Notes under the pieces: generated by a model | Told to the model about the DNA's origin: nothing | Databases searched by the model: none | Seen by the model: only the letters and a program-made list of their open reading frames with translations | Shown: positions 1-13,900 of the stretch, piece by piece | Layout: each line of letters opens with the position of its first letter | How positions within the stretch are numbered: the stretch's first letter is position 1 | Translations under genes and position numbers: made by a program | Origin: Paraspadella gotoi | Lineage: Eukaryota > Animalia > Chaetognatha | DNA length: 64,000 bases | Assembly: GCA_051294375.1 (NCBI GenBank) | Contig: CM119270.1 | Location: forward strand, 9,611,530 to 9,675,529 | Direction of reading: 5' to 3'

Positions 1-1437
1 AAAAGGATTTAATCCGAGAACCGACCATAAATCTTTTCTGACGACGACATGAGATCGACGCGGATGTGGCCAAGGTGTGGGCGGGAGATGTGGGAGATGT
101 AGAGCGGGATGTGGACAGAGATGAATATTTTGGCACGTGTGGACACAAAAATATCAAGGAAAAGCAATGGAAGGATCAACGCAAGAAGATGAAACGTCAA
201 AAGGGGAGAGCCAGAAATTGATTTTGAGTATATACGATTGGTAATTAAACTTGGATAAAACATTATATGAAATTGGTACAACCAATATAAAAATTATTCA
301 TCCATACTATTTTTCATATTTAAGTTAAAAAATGATCTAAGAAACAATAGAGAAATACAGGGAAAAAACGTTTACATGAAATAATCGTGGGAGAGTGGAA
401 AAAATGGAGAAAAGTTGCGTTTTAAGAGTAGAAAATATGGGAAAATAGAAGGAAGGAAGAAAAAAAAGGGGGAAAAAAAGAGCATCATTGAAAGAAAGAA
501 ATTTGGGCTCTCGTGAGAACATTAAGCAAAACAAAATATGACGAAGACGAAATAAAATAAAGCCTCCTGTAATAACATCAACGCTACAGGATTTCGGTTT
601 ATTCTTAACGGAAAAGAGAAAACGGATCAGAGTATCTGGACCCGCAACCCGCCGCCGCCGCCGCCGACGCAACTACAGCCGCAGCCTCGGAGTCTTCAGC
701 GTCCGCCCAACGTCGAGCCAGCGCCGCGCGGTGGCACTTCCGCTGCTTCCATCGCCGCCGCAACATCTTTGGCTTAAACCAGGATCGCAGTCTCGAAGTC
801 ACGGTGACCCAGGCGGGATTCACGGGGAAGTGAGGATGAAAGAGGGGAGAGAATAAAGAGTGAAAGGGTGAGAGGGAAAAAGGAGTCGTGAAACGAGAGA
901 AATAAAGTAATTTGTCGTATGAAAGTAAAAAGAAAATATTGAAACCGAAAAACCTATTAAATTCTACAAAAGGTACAAATTGAAAGCAAATTGAAGATAA
1001 AGGTTATGGGAAGAAAGGTAAGAAAGAAAAGTGGAAAATGTGTTTGCAAGAAAAAGAGCTGACAAAGAAATTTCGGCTGGTCGACCAAGGGGGGAGGTGA
1101 AAAAAATGAGAATGAAAAGAACTGAGGTTTGTCGTAAATATTGGACTGGCGAGAATCTGAGGTCGATGACTTTAATTCAATAAAAGTTGACAAAGAGAAA
1201 GTGAGAAAAAAAAAGACAAAAGGGAACGACAAAGAAAATGAAAATAATAAGTTATTTAAAGTTATATAATTATTTTAGCTCACAACATTTAGCCAAGAAG
1301 CTATTCGCCGTTAAGAGAAAATAATTATTCGACATAAGGTAAAAGGCAAAGGGAGGGGACGAGGGAGATAAGGAAAGAAAAGTACTGGATGGCTTTGCGA
1401 GAGCGCGCGAGCAGGCAAATGCACTGACGAGTGCGAA

Positions 1438-1499
<62 letters not shown>

Positions 1500-3689
1500 T
1501 TGTGCGATTGGGTAGGGTTTAGCTGTCAGCAAATATTAGGCGGATAGAGAGACAAGACGCAAAGCTCTAGATAGATTATATAAATAGATTATAGAAAGAC
1601 TATTTTATCCACGTTATTTCCCAATCAAATTTATAGTAAGAATCTATTTCATTAAAAGTTGTGACCTCCTAAAAAATATTCTAAAGAAATGAACCCGCCG
1701 TGAAATGTTGACTTACTGTCAATCCGCAAAAAAGGTCGTTTTACGAATGGGAGAGAAACAAACCATAAGATTTTTTGTTTGGTATACTCCAGTGCAACTG
1801 TTCCAAACACAAAACGGTCAAACACTAGTAAGATTTTTGTACGTTGACATAATTGTCAAAAGGCAACTAATTCGTATAGAGAAAGCTATTTTTGGGATAT
1901 TCCGATCTACTAAAAAGAACAGAATTGTGACATACGTAATAGTCTAGAACTCAACTGCCGATCATCAATAATATATAATATATTATTCACATATCATCCA
2001 GCTTAAATTCTTCTTTCTACCCCTGGCACCAACCTCTTTTTATAACCATAACCATCTCCCCCTCCCGGTCCTCTTCCCGAGACCCTAAAAATCCTCTTAA
2101 TTCTGACGAGCGATTTTATGTCCCATCTTCCGTCGAGAAAACTGAAAAATTACGACCGTGGGCGCCGGGGCGGTTTGGCGGGCGAAAAAAAGCGGAAGAA
2201 TCGAGCGGACGGAATCGGGTTTTTGGATTGAGGAACGCCCAACTCCCACCCCTCCCCAGTCTCCACCCCTAACCCCACACCACCCCTTTTTCCCTTCAAA
2301 TCGGGGAAGGCAAACCCGATCGATTGAGGTCCGAATCTTGACACATTTCGCTAATAATCCCTAAATCATGGAGTCTCACTATTCGGGATTTTTTTTAGCA
2401 CTATTTAATATTTGATAATTGAGCATTTAATATTATTTAGATTTTTAACTTGACCGAAACCAGGGAATACTTATTTTAGAAGAGAAAAGAGTTTCGAAAC
2501 GATTTGATAGGATGTGTATCAAGATTTGATGAAATCGAAAACTTTAGTAAACCGATTGGACATGATATTTCTTAAAATCAATCTAAAGTGTATGTTTAAA
2601 CGTTGGCGGAACATGACTCGGGGCAGGATTAGTTCGGAAGCATGAAAAACGTGGCTATCGTAATGTAATTTAATTAAGACAATATCGCGTGCAACAAGAT
2701 ATCCTGAGAAAAAAGTTCAGGAAGGAAACCATTAAATGATTGTTAACTCCATTTTGTTTGTAAATAAAGGTTTTGTCTTTGTTATTGTTACTTTTAAATA
2801 GTTAATATAAAATTAACCAATATCATTTATCGACTTTATTTTTTGTGACTAAATTTTTACTTACATTTAATATTTGTATAATCACGTGACCATAAAATAG
2901 AATTCATTGACATATCTCAATTACACAAATCTATTGCAAATATGGCATTAAGTGCAAGAGAAACCAAGTTATTTCATTCAGCGAATCCCATCAAGGTCAC
3001 CGTTTTGTTTCTTATTTCCGGAGCAGAAAAAAAAAGGAAAGCCGGTAACATATCAGACAGAGAGAGAGAGAGGTCAAAGTCGAAGGACATTTCTTTTTGG
3101 TCAGCTGATCATGAAAAAGACTGCAGTCCAAGAAAAATCTCATGTACATTGATAAGAACTGAAAACGAAAATTTAACAGAATCAAAGATAATTATGTAGC
3201 GAATTGCTTCCTTTGCTTCAATTACGAAAAAAAATCTTTATATGAAATCAATTACGACACGATAATGAAAAAATGGAAGCAGAAAACTAAAACCGAAGAT
3301 AAAAGATGAATTTTGAGCAAAGAAACATTTGTCCCTCAAACATCAAAAATGGAAGTCGTGAAAAAGGAGTGTTAAGTATTAAATTAAAATAAAAGGAATG
3401 AGTTTGAAAAAAATGGAAAATATTTAAGGCAGATTAGGAAAAGTGTATGAAAAGGGAGAAACAATCAGTCAGAAAAGTGAAAGAAGAAAGTTTGGGGAAA
3501 AAAGGTGAAGGAATGTCAGACAACGACGAGCGAGTGGACGGTTGCTCAGAGCTAGAACAAAAATCCTAAAAGTCAGAAGGTTAAACGGTAAAAACGTTCC
3601 GAGGCACTGACGACATTTCGTTTGACAGTTAGTAGAATAATCCGAAAAATTTAATCCAAATAATGTAAAGCTACTACAATTTTTTTTAA

Positions 3690-4220
3690 AATTATGTATA
3701 AACATACTGCTTAACAAGTTTGAGCAAACTATACCGGATCTGCTCACGATCATTAGCGGTAAGCAGCTGATTAATTAATTAATATTAATTTTTTTTATTC
3801 GTGTCAAAATTGTTTTCCACTTTATCTCGCCTCTCAATAACAAAACAACAATCTTGATCACAAAATTAATTAATTATTTATAAATAATTAATAATTAATT
3901 AAATATTTATTAATAATTAATTAATGCAGCTTGAATTTACATTTAATATAAAGATAAAAGCATAATTAAATAGTGAAATATATTTTTTTGTTTTTTCCAT
4001 TTTAACTCATTTCCACTCAAACGATTCCATCGAAACTTGATTTCCAGCTCAATCACGAGTATTGGAGTTTTTTGCTAAATTGGGACAGAAGGACAGACAG
4101 ACGGATGGACGGACATCATTTTTTTTGGCATAATTTATCATAATTCGATGTTCTGACATGATATAAGTGAATGCCCGACAAGATTGGGGGGCGGACCGAC
4201 AAAGTGAATTATAGAGCCGG
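3690..4220. repeat. Interspersed repeat with GTCY-type microsatellite (possible Helentron/DINE-like non-autonomous element)
   Basis: Reverse-complement similarity to 36660-36905 and 37290-37340 (AACTCATTTCCACTC..ATCGAAACTT; AACAAGTTTGAG..TAGCGGTAAGCAGC); related GACAGAC tracts at 16828-16913. Family assignment is inference. Confidence 0.5.
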
Positions 4221-4990
4221 AATATGCTGTAAGCAGATCTGGCTAAAGAAATAATCTTTAAAATAAAAAGGCCGAATCAGTGACCAAAGGATGGCAATTG
4301 GATACTCATGTAACATTCCATTTTTTCGTTTCGTGACCAAAGTTTTCCAGAGTAAACCGACTAAGAAGGAAGTACCAAAGAATTTGAACCAAAAAAAATT
4401 AAGAAACTGAATTAAGAGAATTCCTCACGAAAGGCGCGATAAATTGATTTTATTTTCTACATGAAATAATTCTTGGGAAATAAAAATATACGTATCTTGA
4501 GTATATGGTTAAAACTTAAAAGTGATCGAAAAGAAAAACGAAGAAGCTTGTAGAAGACGAAAGGCAGAAAATCAAATAGGGGGAAGAAATAGTTTGAGGA
4601 GTACGTAAATTAAAAAATTGGTTTGTGAGCTGAGCTCCCTTTTATTCCAAACGCCACGACATATGGGACCAACTTGACCTTGCGGTAGTCGCGGCTCTAT
4701 TACTTTGTCTGGTCCGTCTAAGGTCAAAGTTGGCTGATTTGACCGTGGTTAATGGTTAGTCGTGATCGAGAAAGAGAAAAAGTCGCCTCGAGCTAAATTT
4801 TTAATTTTTACGTTCACATTAGTTTTAAATTTTCTTCTCGTTTTCTTTAACTTGAATTAACAATTTTTGGAAGCGACATTTAGGTACATAGCTTGTGTTT
4901 CAATAAATTCCATTAAATTAAGCAGCCACTGTTCAGTACAAGGAAGATTTAAGTTAAGTCAAAAAAATAAAATAAGTGAACAATACTCAC

Positions 4991-7900
4991 TGGGTACCCA
5001 CGCGTTCGGCTCTGGCACCAGGCTAACATGGCATCCTTAATGGCAGCCGCTCCCGTCACCGCCCCACCGGACGCGCCTTTCTTCCAGCTGAAAAAGCGAA
5101 ATTAACATCAATACAATATTATTAATTAAACCTTTAAAATTTGATTTAACCTTGGTTTTGAACCAGATCCACCGCCGCCTCCGGTTTCAAATTTGCTCTT
5201 CGCTGCCGCCATTCCGCCTGAATTAAAAATTTAAGCTAATTATGAATTTAAAAAAAAAGTAATCATACAGGAGTAGAATAGTAGCAATTATTAGAAGGAA
5301 GTTTCAAATTTCAAAAGTTAAAATTTACATATAACTGTATAACTATAAGGCCGTAGTATTTTAGGTTTTGTTTTCCGGAAACTTCGGAAACTAGAGGACA
5401 GCAGATATTTAAACAGAAAACGCAAAAGAAATTTACAGACAAAACAACATCGAGATTGATGGGAAAGAGTTTGCAAAACTAAAAAGTAAAATGAGACTAA
5501 GCTTGAGCAAAGCAGTTACTTAGTTTCGCGGTTTAACGAAATAGATGCCAGAAAACTCAAACTCAAAACGTTTTAGAACAATACCTGGTTGCTCTTTTTT
5601 CTTAGTCGGTGCACCGACTGACCCCATGGCTTTTTTCGGCGGAGCTGACAGATACAATTAGTGTATTGCTTTAATATACATGATCAGCGGTAAATTAACG
5701 CATTCGAAACAAAATAGGACACCGCAAATCAAGAAGCAGTGTAGCTAAAATATGACAAAATTTGTGTCCGAAGATGTATATGCACTTATATTAAAAGAGC
5801 GTCAAACGGCATGCGAGACTAAAAAAATCATTCAAGTTTGACAAAAGAAAAAAAATGAACAAAGACAACGAAGTCTCATCGATCAAATATGGAGACACAA
5901 TTAACCCGTATACGAAAAGACAAAACAATTATGCGTCAGTTAGTTTTAAGAATTTAATAAAAAAAACAGGATGGAGAGCATTTAATAAAAGAAGTTATAG
6001 CCCCCCCCCCGTTTTTTTAGATATCGCGTCATAATTTCTCCGCAGTCACGCATCCATTCGTGCATCGACGATTTAAGTTCAGCCGATCGGAGAAAAAAAA
6101 TCTGTCGCGACTCGAATGAGATCACGTCAACCGTCAAGCAAAGAGATGGGGAGAGTGAAAAGACGACGGCCGTCTTAAAAAAGGCTGACCAACAAGGAAC
6201 TTCGTACAATATTAGAAAGGCTGACCAACAAGGAACTTCGTACAAGATTAGAGAGGCTGACCAACAAGGAACTTTGTACAAGATTAGAGGGCTGACCAAC
6301 AAGGAACTTCGTACAAGATTAGAGAGGCTGACCAACAAGGAACTTCGTACAAGATTAGAGAGGCTGACCTGACCACAAGGAACTTCGTACAAGATTAGAG
6401 AGGCTGACCAACAAAGAACTTAGTACAAGATTGAAAATAACGAAAACAAAGACTTCATCGCTGAATGTGGTCAAAACGAGAGACTGGAGAGTTGAGACTT
6501 GAGAGGACTAACAATCAACATTTTTTCGATACTTTATACTTATATACTTATATAATGACAATCGATCAGGATGAAGAGAATTAAATATTAAACAACTCTT
6601 GAAAAAAGAAACGGTGATAACAAAGTATGCTTAAACTTATGAATAGGGATACCGGCGAATTATCTTTCGGAATGAGTGACTGACTAAAATGACTAAATGG
6701 GCTCAGGAAGTCATTAAAGGAGAAAAAGAGCTTTTACGAGCGTCTTTTTTTTTAAATAAATAATTTTACATTTGGTTCGTCGGTTAATTTACTTTTTTTG
6801 TGTAAAAATCGTCACGTCATCTCTTTGTGCGAGTTGGTTTTATCGCTTCCTAAATTCCCGACGGAGCAAACTTCTCTGACAAATTGTATGAGTCACCACA
6901 ACTGTTATAAATTGTAAATTAGTCAAATAAAACTCTAAAATAGTAAACTTTAAACATTTAAATTTAAAATCATCGTCGTGTAAAAGATGAAGTAGGGAAA
7001 TCTATATCTTTGGTTATAAAAGTCGCGATATTCAAAATTTTGAAATTCACGTTACTTACCAATTGAATGGACACTTTTAAAACAAAAAAACTAAACAAAA
7101 CTTAGCCAATAAACTAGCGCAAACACGGCGGAAAAAGACGAGCCACTTCGTTAAATTTCCCCCCTTGAATTTTTTTCCTAAGTGTTCATGTTCTCTTTTC
7201 GGTTTTCTTTTCATATGTTTGCAGGGAATTTTTTTCCCCCAGAATTTCTCTTTGAAACGCGAATGGTTGGAATTTCGAAGATTTCTGGCGCATAACTCGA
7301 GATTTGTGCGGATTTCGGTTGCGTTAGGAGAAAAGGCTTAGACTGGAGGGAGGCTTCCGGAAATCCATAGGACCGAACCGGGGAACAATGACGTGAAAAA
7401 GAATTTTACTGACCTAAAGACCGTACAGATTTAAAAAAAATTATTAATCATCATTGACCAACATTTATGCGATCAACATTAAACATTAAATCATACTAAC
7501 TTCCGTAATTACTATAATTCCTATTGGCAATTTCTTCCAATTATCGACCACATAAACGGTCACTTCGTCAATCGTACACTGAGAATTTCTTTTTCCAATT
7601 CGATAAGAAAACGAGCTGGGTCAGGACTTTTTGTACCAAACTACGGGGGAACCAAGCCTCGATCGATTGAGAATAAGAAAAAAAAACGTTTGAATAGGAT
7701 TTACATAATAATTGGCAAAACGCGGAACTCCTTATTGTATCCCGCTTCTTTTGTCTTTTGTACTAGCGCCCCTCTCTTTTATCGCGCGACTCCGAATCGA
7801 AAAGGTGAGAATTAAAAGTAGGGACTTGAAAAGCAGAGAGCGAGAGAGACTGAGAGGGAAGGTAAGGAAGGAAGGGGAGAAAAGAACTTGTTTTTGGTGC

Positions 7901-10900
7901 TTCATTCAATCCAGAAGATGTCCATGTATCTGAGGTAAAACAGAAGTACAGATTCTCTTTAACCACCCCCCCCACCCAAAAAAAAGGAGATAAAAATGTG
8001 GATATTACTCAGTGGTCAAGGAATTTTCCTACTAAGGCATGCAGGTTGGATATTGGCGACAGAACGATACAGGTGGCGTTTCTTTTTGATTTAAGCCCCT
8101 CGGGCCTGAGGACAGTCATTGGTCACAATGTTCACTTTTCAATGTACATTGGTGATATTTTGACTACTTTTCCTTCTGCGAAAAAAACCGGCACACTGAT
8201 TATATTTTTAAAATTATTTCGATGTACCGACTCGATTAGAAAGAGTTTCCGTATTTTTCTTTATATAAAGAGGAAAGACATGAAATTGTAACTCGGTTCG
8301 ATAGAGATTCGTCTCTGCCAAGAAAAACAAATGCTTCGTAGAAACATTTTAAAAGTTCGCGAGGAATCGAAGGCACTCCGCCGGGGGAAACGATGACGAG
8401 AGAAAATGGAATGGAAGAAGGTGGAAGGGAGGGAAAAGGTGTGGAATTGAAGAAGGTGGAAGGGAGGGAAAAGGTGTGGAATTGAAGAAGGTGGAAGGGA
8501 GGGAAAAGGTGTGGAATTGAAGAAGGTGGAAGGGAGGGAAAAGGTGTGGAATTGAAGAAGGTGGAAGGGAGGGAAAGGTGTAGAATAGAAGAAGGGAGGG
8601 AAAAGGGAAACGTGTGGGAACAATTTGAGAAGTGGTGGAAGAAATGGGTGGGGAAAGGTTGGGCAGGGAAGAAGGAAGGGAGGGAGGGAGGTGGGTAAAA
8701 AGGAAATGGTAAAAGGATAGTTGGGTAGTGGGAGTGGTTTAGGCGGGAAGCAGTGGATAAAATTGAGACTGAAATGGACGTGAAAGGCGATTCAATTAAT
8801 GAAGTAGAAAAAGTACGATTGATTATTGAAAGATAGATAAAGAAATCAGATCCGAAGGTTGACAAAATGGGAAAAGACTTGAGAAACTAATAGGAGAAGA
8901 GAGAAAGGTGAACCGAACCTCGTGAACGCGGCCCCGAATCCCTGGGAGGAGGATTTGAAGAGGAGGTGAATGAAAAGGAGAGGGTAATAGACCGAGTCAG
9001 TCTATCTCCTTTTATAAATAGATCAACGATGACCAAAATTTACAAAACGTAATTGACCAACACGAACAAAGGAAAAGGGATTGAAAGAAAAATGAATGAC
9101 GAAGCTCGGATTAAGATTTAAATTCCAACTCAAACAAAAAAAAAATTAGGTAAAAAAAATTATAGAATGATAGAGAAAAATACAAAAAACCTTGAATGCA
9201 TATTAAGGCGTAGTGAAAGTTACATACGAAAATTCTAAAAGTCCATTATGAACAACATACAATCAGCGAACATTAATTTGTAAAAAAATTAATTTTATAT
9301 TTTTAATTTTTGCAGTAAGCTATATTTATATATAATACTATCCTTATAAAATCAAAAATTTCAAAATAGGCTTTTCTTAATTTTGATTGCAGATTTAAAT
9401 TCCTCGTTAAAAGTTGATAAAAGAAAATATAAATCAGTTTTTAAAAATTCTTTCATTAAGTGGGTTAAAAATTAAAAAAACTATATTTAATATATAAAAA
9501 TTAATTTTCAGCTTAAAAATAGCTTTTTCTAATTTTTGACCCACTTAATGAAGGAATTTTTAAAAAGAGTTATATTTCTTTTTATCAACTTTTTATGAGA
9601 ATCCAAATCTGCAAAAAATCTTTAAAATAACTGTTTTAAAATTTTAACATTTATTGAATTAGTCTAGTATAAATATGGCCTACTGCGTAAATTGTAAATT
9701 TATTATAAATTATTTTATTACATAAATGTTCATTAGTATAATGTTGTTCGTTCCTCACTTTTTAGAATTTTAATTAAAGTTAAATTTTAGAAAATTTTTC
9801 TACGCCTTAATGCATATCATATCAATCATATCCTGAGCAAGAAAAAGGGTCGGTATCAAAATTCATGAAATTGGTAAAACCAATATAAAAATTATCCATT
9901 CATTTAATAAATAAGCTATGGTGGACTAAAATCCACCAACCGTTCATCAGCGGCCATTGGTGCCGGAGGCAAGTCATTCGCCTCCCAACCCAAAGGTCCG
10001 GGGTTCTAGCCCGGTGGTAGCCTGGCAGTTAAGAGGGACGGGGCGCTTAAACCGCCTGTAACTCGTTGTTACAGCCTGATCCGAAGCTCAGGGACTGCTT
10101 ATATTGAACGGTTCTATCACTAACACATAATAATAATTACTGTCTTTTCAAAGCTATCTTGCCCTGACTTTGGACAGGCTTTGGTGGTATAAGGCCTCCA
10201 TCACTCTTACAAGATAATTACATAGCAGGTCCATGCAAGCTTTCAATCAAGACTCTCTCACAGTCCCGTTTATTCACTCCCAGAGTACCTGGCTTCCCTA
10301 TCAATGAAGTGGAAAATATTTCAAAGAATGTTTCAATTGTATGAAAAGACCACTCCCTTAAGTATTAGATCGGGGAATACTTATTGTACTCATGTTCGTA
10401 TAAAATTTTGTTTTCAATGCAACATCAGACGACGGTTTGACGAATAAACATTAAATTGGCAGCAGATCTCTCTCTCTCTCTCTCCTCGAAAAACCAGTTT
10501 CCAATCCAAAGTTAGCCGAAAAATTCGCGCCGCTCGTTTTCGCGTTTAATTTCCCGTGAAAGTCCGCCGCTTTTTAATTAATCTCGCCGCGCAAAAAGGG
10601 GAAGAGCGCTAAGGGGGCTCCTCTCGATTCGCCGGGATTGGTTTGTTTCCAATCTGTTTCGTAGCGGAGATGCTTATCCCTTTCGCCCCCCGTCGGTTAG
10701 CGTTAAAAGGAGAGCGAAATTTTGTGTGTGTATGTGTTGAAGAGAGAGAGCCATCAGATCAAATTGGAAAAAAAAAAAACCAGTTCCAATTTTTTCCCGC
10801 TCTAATCGAGACCACTTAATTGGCGATTCCCCCCCCCCGCGTATCAATCTTTCATTTATTATTTTAATTTTGGTTTAAGTGAAGTTTTCTTTAAAATTGA

Positions 10901-13900
10901 AGTCTAGGAGAAAGGAGCTCAGCGTGTTATCTGGACAAAAAAGGCAGTGGTAGTGCAGATAAGGACACTTTGCGGCCCCAAAATAACTTCTCTCCATTAA
11001 AAAAAAAAAACTGATAAAGGAAAAAATAGATTAAAAGGGAACCTGAAATGGTTTCTTTTTTTTAAATAAGAGGAAAAGGAAAAAAAGGTTTTCGACCCAT
11101 TTAATGAATGGATCAATTAAAATCAGGTCCATGGGAGACAAAAAAAGAGAGACGCTAATTGCCTTTTTGTTTCGACAGTGGCGAGGACCAAACACGCCAG
11201 TCAATCGGCTATTAGGCTATTAGGCCCCTACAATCAAAAATTTAAAAAATATGTTCCAAAATTTCCCGCGATTCCGTGACTGATGGTTTTGTCTTTGCCT
11301 CAGAAGAAGCAGCTGATAAGCAGATCCGACTAAAAAAAACAAATGCGCGTAGCAATATGAAACATAACAAATTAAAATACCTCAAAGATGAGAAGCCATA
11401 TCTAAGCCATATTTGAGCGTAACGACGACGACGAAAACGACGGTCGCAAAGAAGTAAAGCTTTCGCCCATCTGGCGAGGAAAATAAAATATCTCGCAAAA
11501 TTATCGGCGATTCCGTGATTTCAGGACTGACAATTTGCCTCTTCGGCAATACTGTAACAGTAACGCTGACATCTAAAAATACATCGGTATTCTCCTTTTT
11601 AACAGACGAATGTTTCAAAGTAAGGGAAACAAAATTAAAAAGCGATAAATTAGGCCAACAAAACAGAGACCCCGTCTCTCCTGAACCCAGAGAGAGAGAG
11701 AGATATAGAGAGAGATTCAACTGGGCTGAGAAGTATCGTTTAATCAAAAGAAACGTCTTTAACGAATGACTACACATACGACATTAGCGAAGAACACATT
11801 AATCACGGTCCACTGACATCTTCGTCATCGTCTCAGTCTCCATCGTTGTCGTCTCTGTCTCCATCGTTGTCCCGTCGTAAAGATCCAAGGCTTTCTTCTT
11901 ATATCCGTCTTTGTCGTCGTTCTAGTTTACAATCCCGTTCGCATCATAATTATGCAAAGTCAGTAGCTCTTCCTTGTTGTTGTTGTTATTCTCAGGTGAC
12001 ATTTTTACGAGGTTATTAGACCAAGGGTAGAATTTCTTCGCCCATGTTGCCCACTGATCGTTGCCATCATCGCTATCTTAATTATATCTATAATGTAATG
12101 CTTTTATTTATGTTAATGATAACACAATTATTAAATATATCACAAACGGAAAAATATGAGGAGCTTTTTGGCAACGAAGAAGCCGAACCCTAAATTATCT
12201 CTCTCGTTTTCATTCTCGCTCTCGCTCTCTCCGGATGGGTTCTTTAGTGGAGTTCCAGATTATCGATCATTGATTATGACACAACCATTAACGTTGGCAG
12301 CGATGTAGGATCGGCCTTTCCAAGGTAGGACTTCCTCGGAACAGAAAAAGCTGGTTAAGATGAAAACATTTTCGAAGGCAAAGCTTTTTCCTCCCACGAC
12401 TCTCTCTCTCTCTCTCTCACTGCGTTGATAGCTAAGGATGGGTACGATATACTAATTTTAATTTTCAATCCATTTGTCATCTCGTCATTTCTCATCAACT
12501 AATTATTCACTGTCATATTACAGTCAAAGTTTCGATACTATTACGTCATTTTGGTACCGTTCGGTGACGTTTTATCCGAAGTCAATTGTATTATTTAAAA
12601 CGAAAAAACCTAGTACATTTCCATAAAACAACCCACTGAGCGAGAGAGCAGTTGCCAGTTCTCTTTCTTCTCTCGTTTCGCCGACTGAACGATGACTTTT
12701 TCCGAGAGTGACACTTAAATTCGTGGTCGCCCCACCCCCCTTAACCCCCTCCCCGTTAAGAGCAGTGCCCCCCGTCAGGAAAACCGGCGAAAAGGGGTGA
12801 TGGTCCCTGACGTGAGTGAAGCAGTTAAATCGATTTTAGGGAAAAAGAAAAAAATAGTCTCTAATTGCCAAAACTTGACTCATAAAACTTAAAACATATA
12901 TTTTTTAACCGTATCCTTTGCTCGGTGATATTATATATTAGTATATATATTTTAGTAACCTTTCATGAACAATAAAAGGTTTATATTGTTTATAATATAT
13001 AAATATATATATATATATATTATTTCGTCTTCTACAGGGACCTGCTATGTAATTATCTTGTAAGAGTGATGGAGGCCTTAAACCACCAGAGCCTGTCCAA
13101 AGTCAGGGGCAAGATAGCTTATTTATTAAATGAATGGATAATTTTTATATTGGTTGTACCAATTTCATAGACAAAACGTATTACAAAACGTTACAACCTA
13201 CAAAGCTACATCTTCACTTTTAGAATAGGTTTTTCAGGGTAGTAAACATTAGTTAGAGACATATTTAGGAGTACCATCTGCTGATAAGTAGAGAAATTAA
13301 GAAATTTTTTAAATTCCTTCTTTAAATCTAGTCATTTTCATTGAGATTAGTTTTTGTTGGTTCAAATTTTATTTCTTTAAAATTACTCCCTTGTATTCCG
13401 AGACGAGACATAAACTCCCTAATTTTTACTACTCTTTTCCAGAGAAATAAACATGATCTAGTAAACATTTATCGTACAAAAAAAAAGGCGCAAAGATTGA
13501 AGTGAATGAGTCATAAAGATCAAAACAAGTGGCCTGTAGTAATTTAAATCTTTGGATCTCGTAATTTGCTTCCTCCCGATTCCCCAACGGGATAAAGAAA
13601 AAGAAGAGAAAAAGAAAAAAAGAAAAAAAGGAAAAGAAAAAATAAAACCAAAAGAAAAAGGCAATTAAGTTTACTACTACGAGAGATAGATTAATACGTG
13701 CCATCATAGAAAAACTAATGTAAAGCATTAGTCATGTACGTATGTTTGTCGAAATTTCGAGAATATTGAGTTTTAAAGTTAAATAACGAATTCAAAAACG
13801 TAATTCAGCCGCTTTAAATAAACCCGTTTTCCACTGCATGGGAATCAATATCACGTGACCTAGAGGCGACGATCCGTTTAATTTAATCTCGGCATAAAAA

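Noticed and set aside
6181-6431. 36-bp repeat array resembling a CRISPR repeat in length
   Set aside because: Units are head to tail with no unique spacers, no cas genes, eukaryotic context; ordinary minisatellite.
8236-8865. 209-aa minus-strand ORF
   Set aside because: Arises from the 35-bp purine-rich minisatellite.
8919-8941. Possible 23-nt microexon (CCCAG|...|GTTCGG) on the minus strand
   Set aside because: Length breaks the phase between the flanking phase-1 exons and no partner exon was found.
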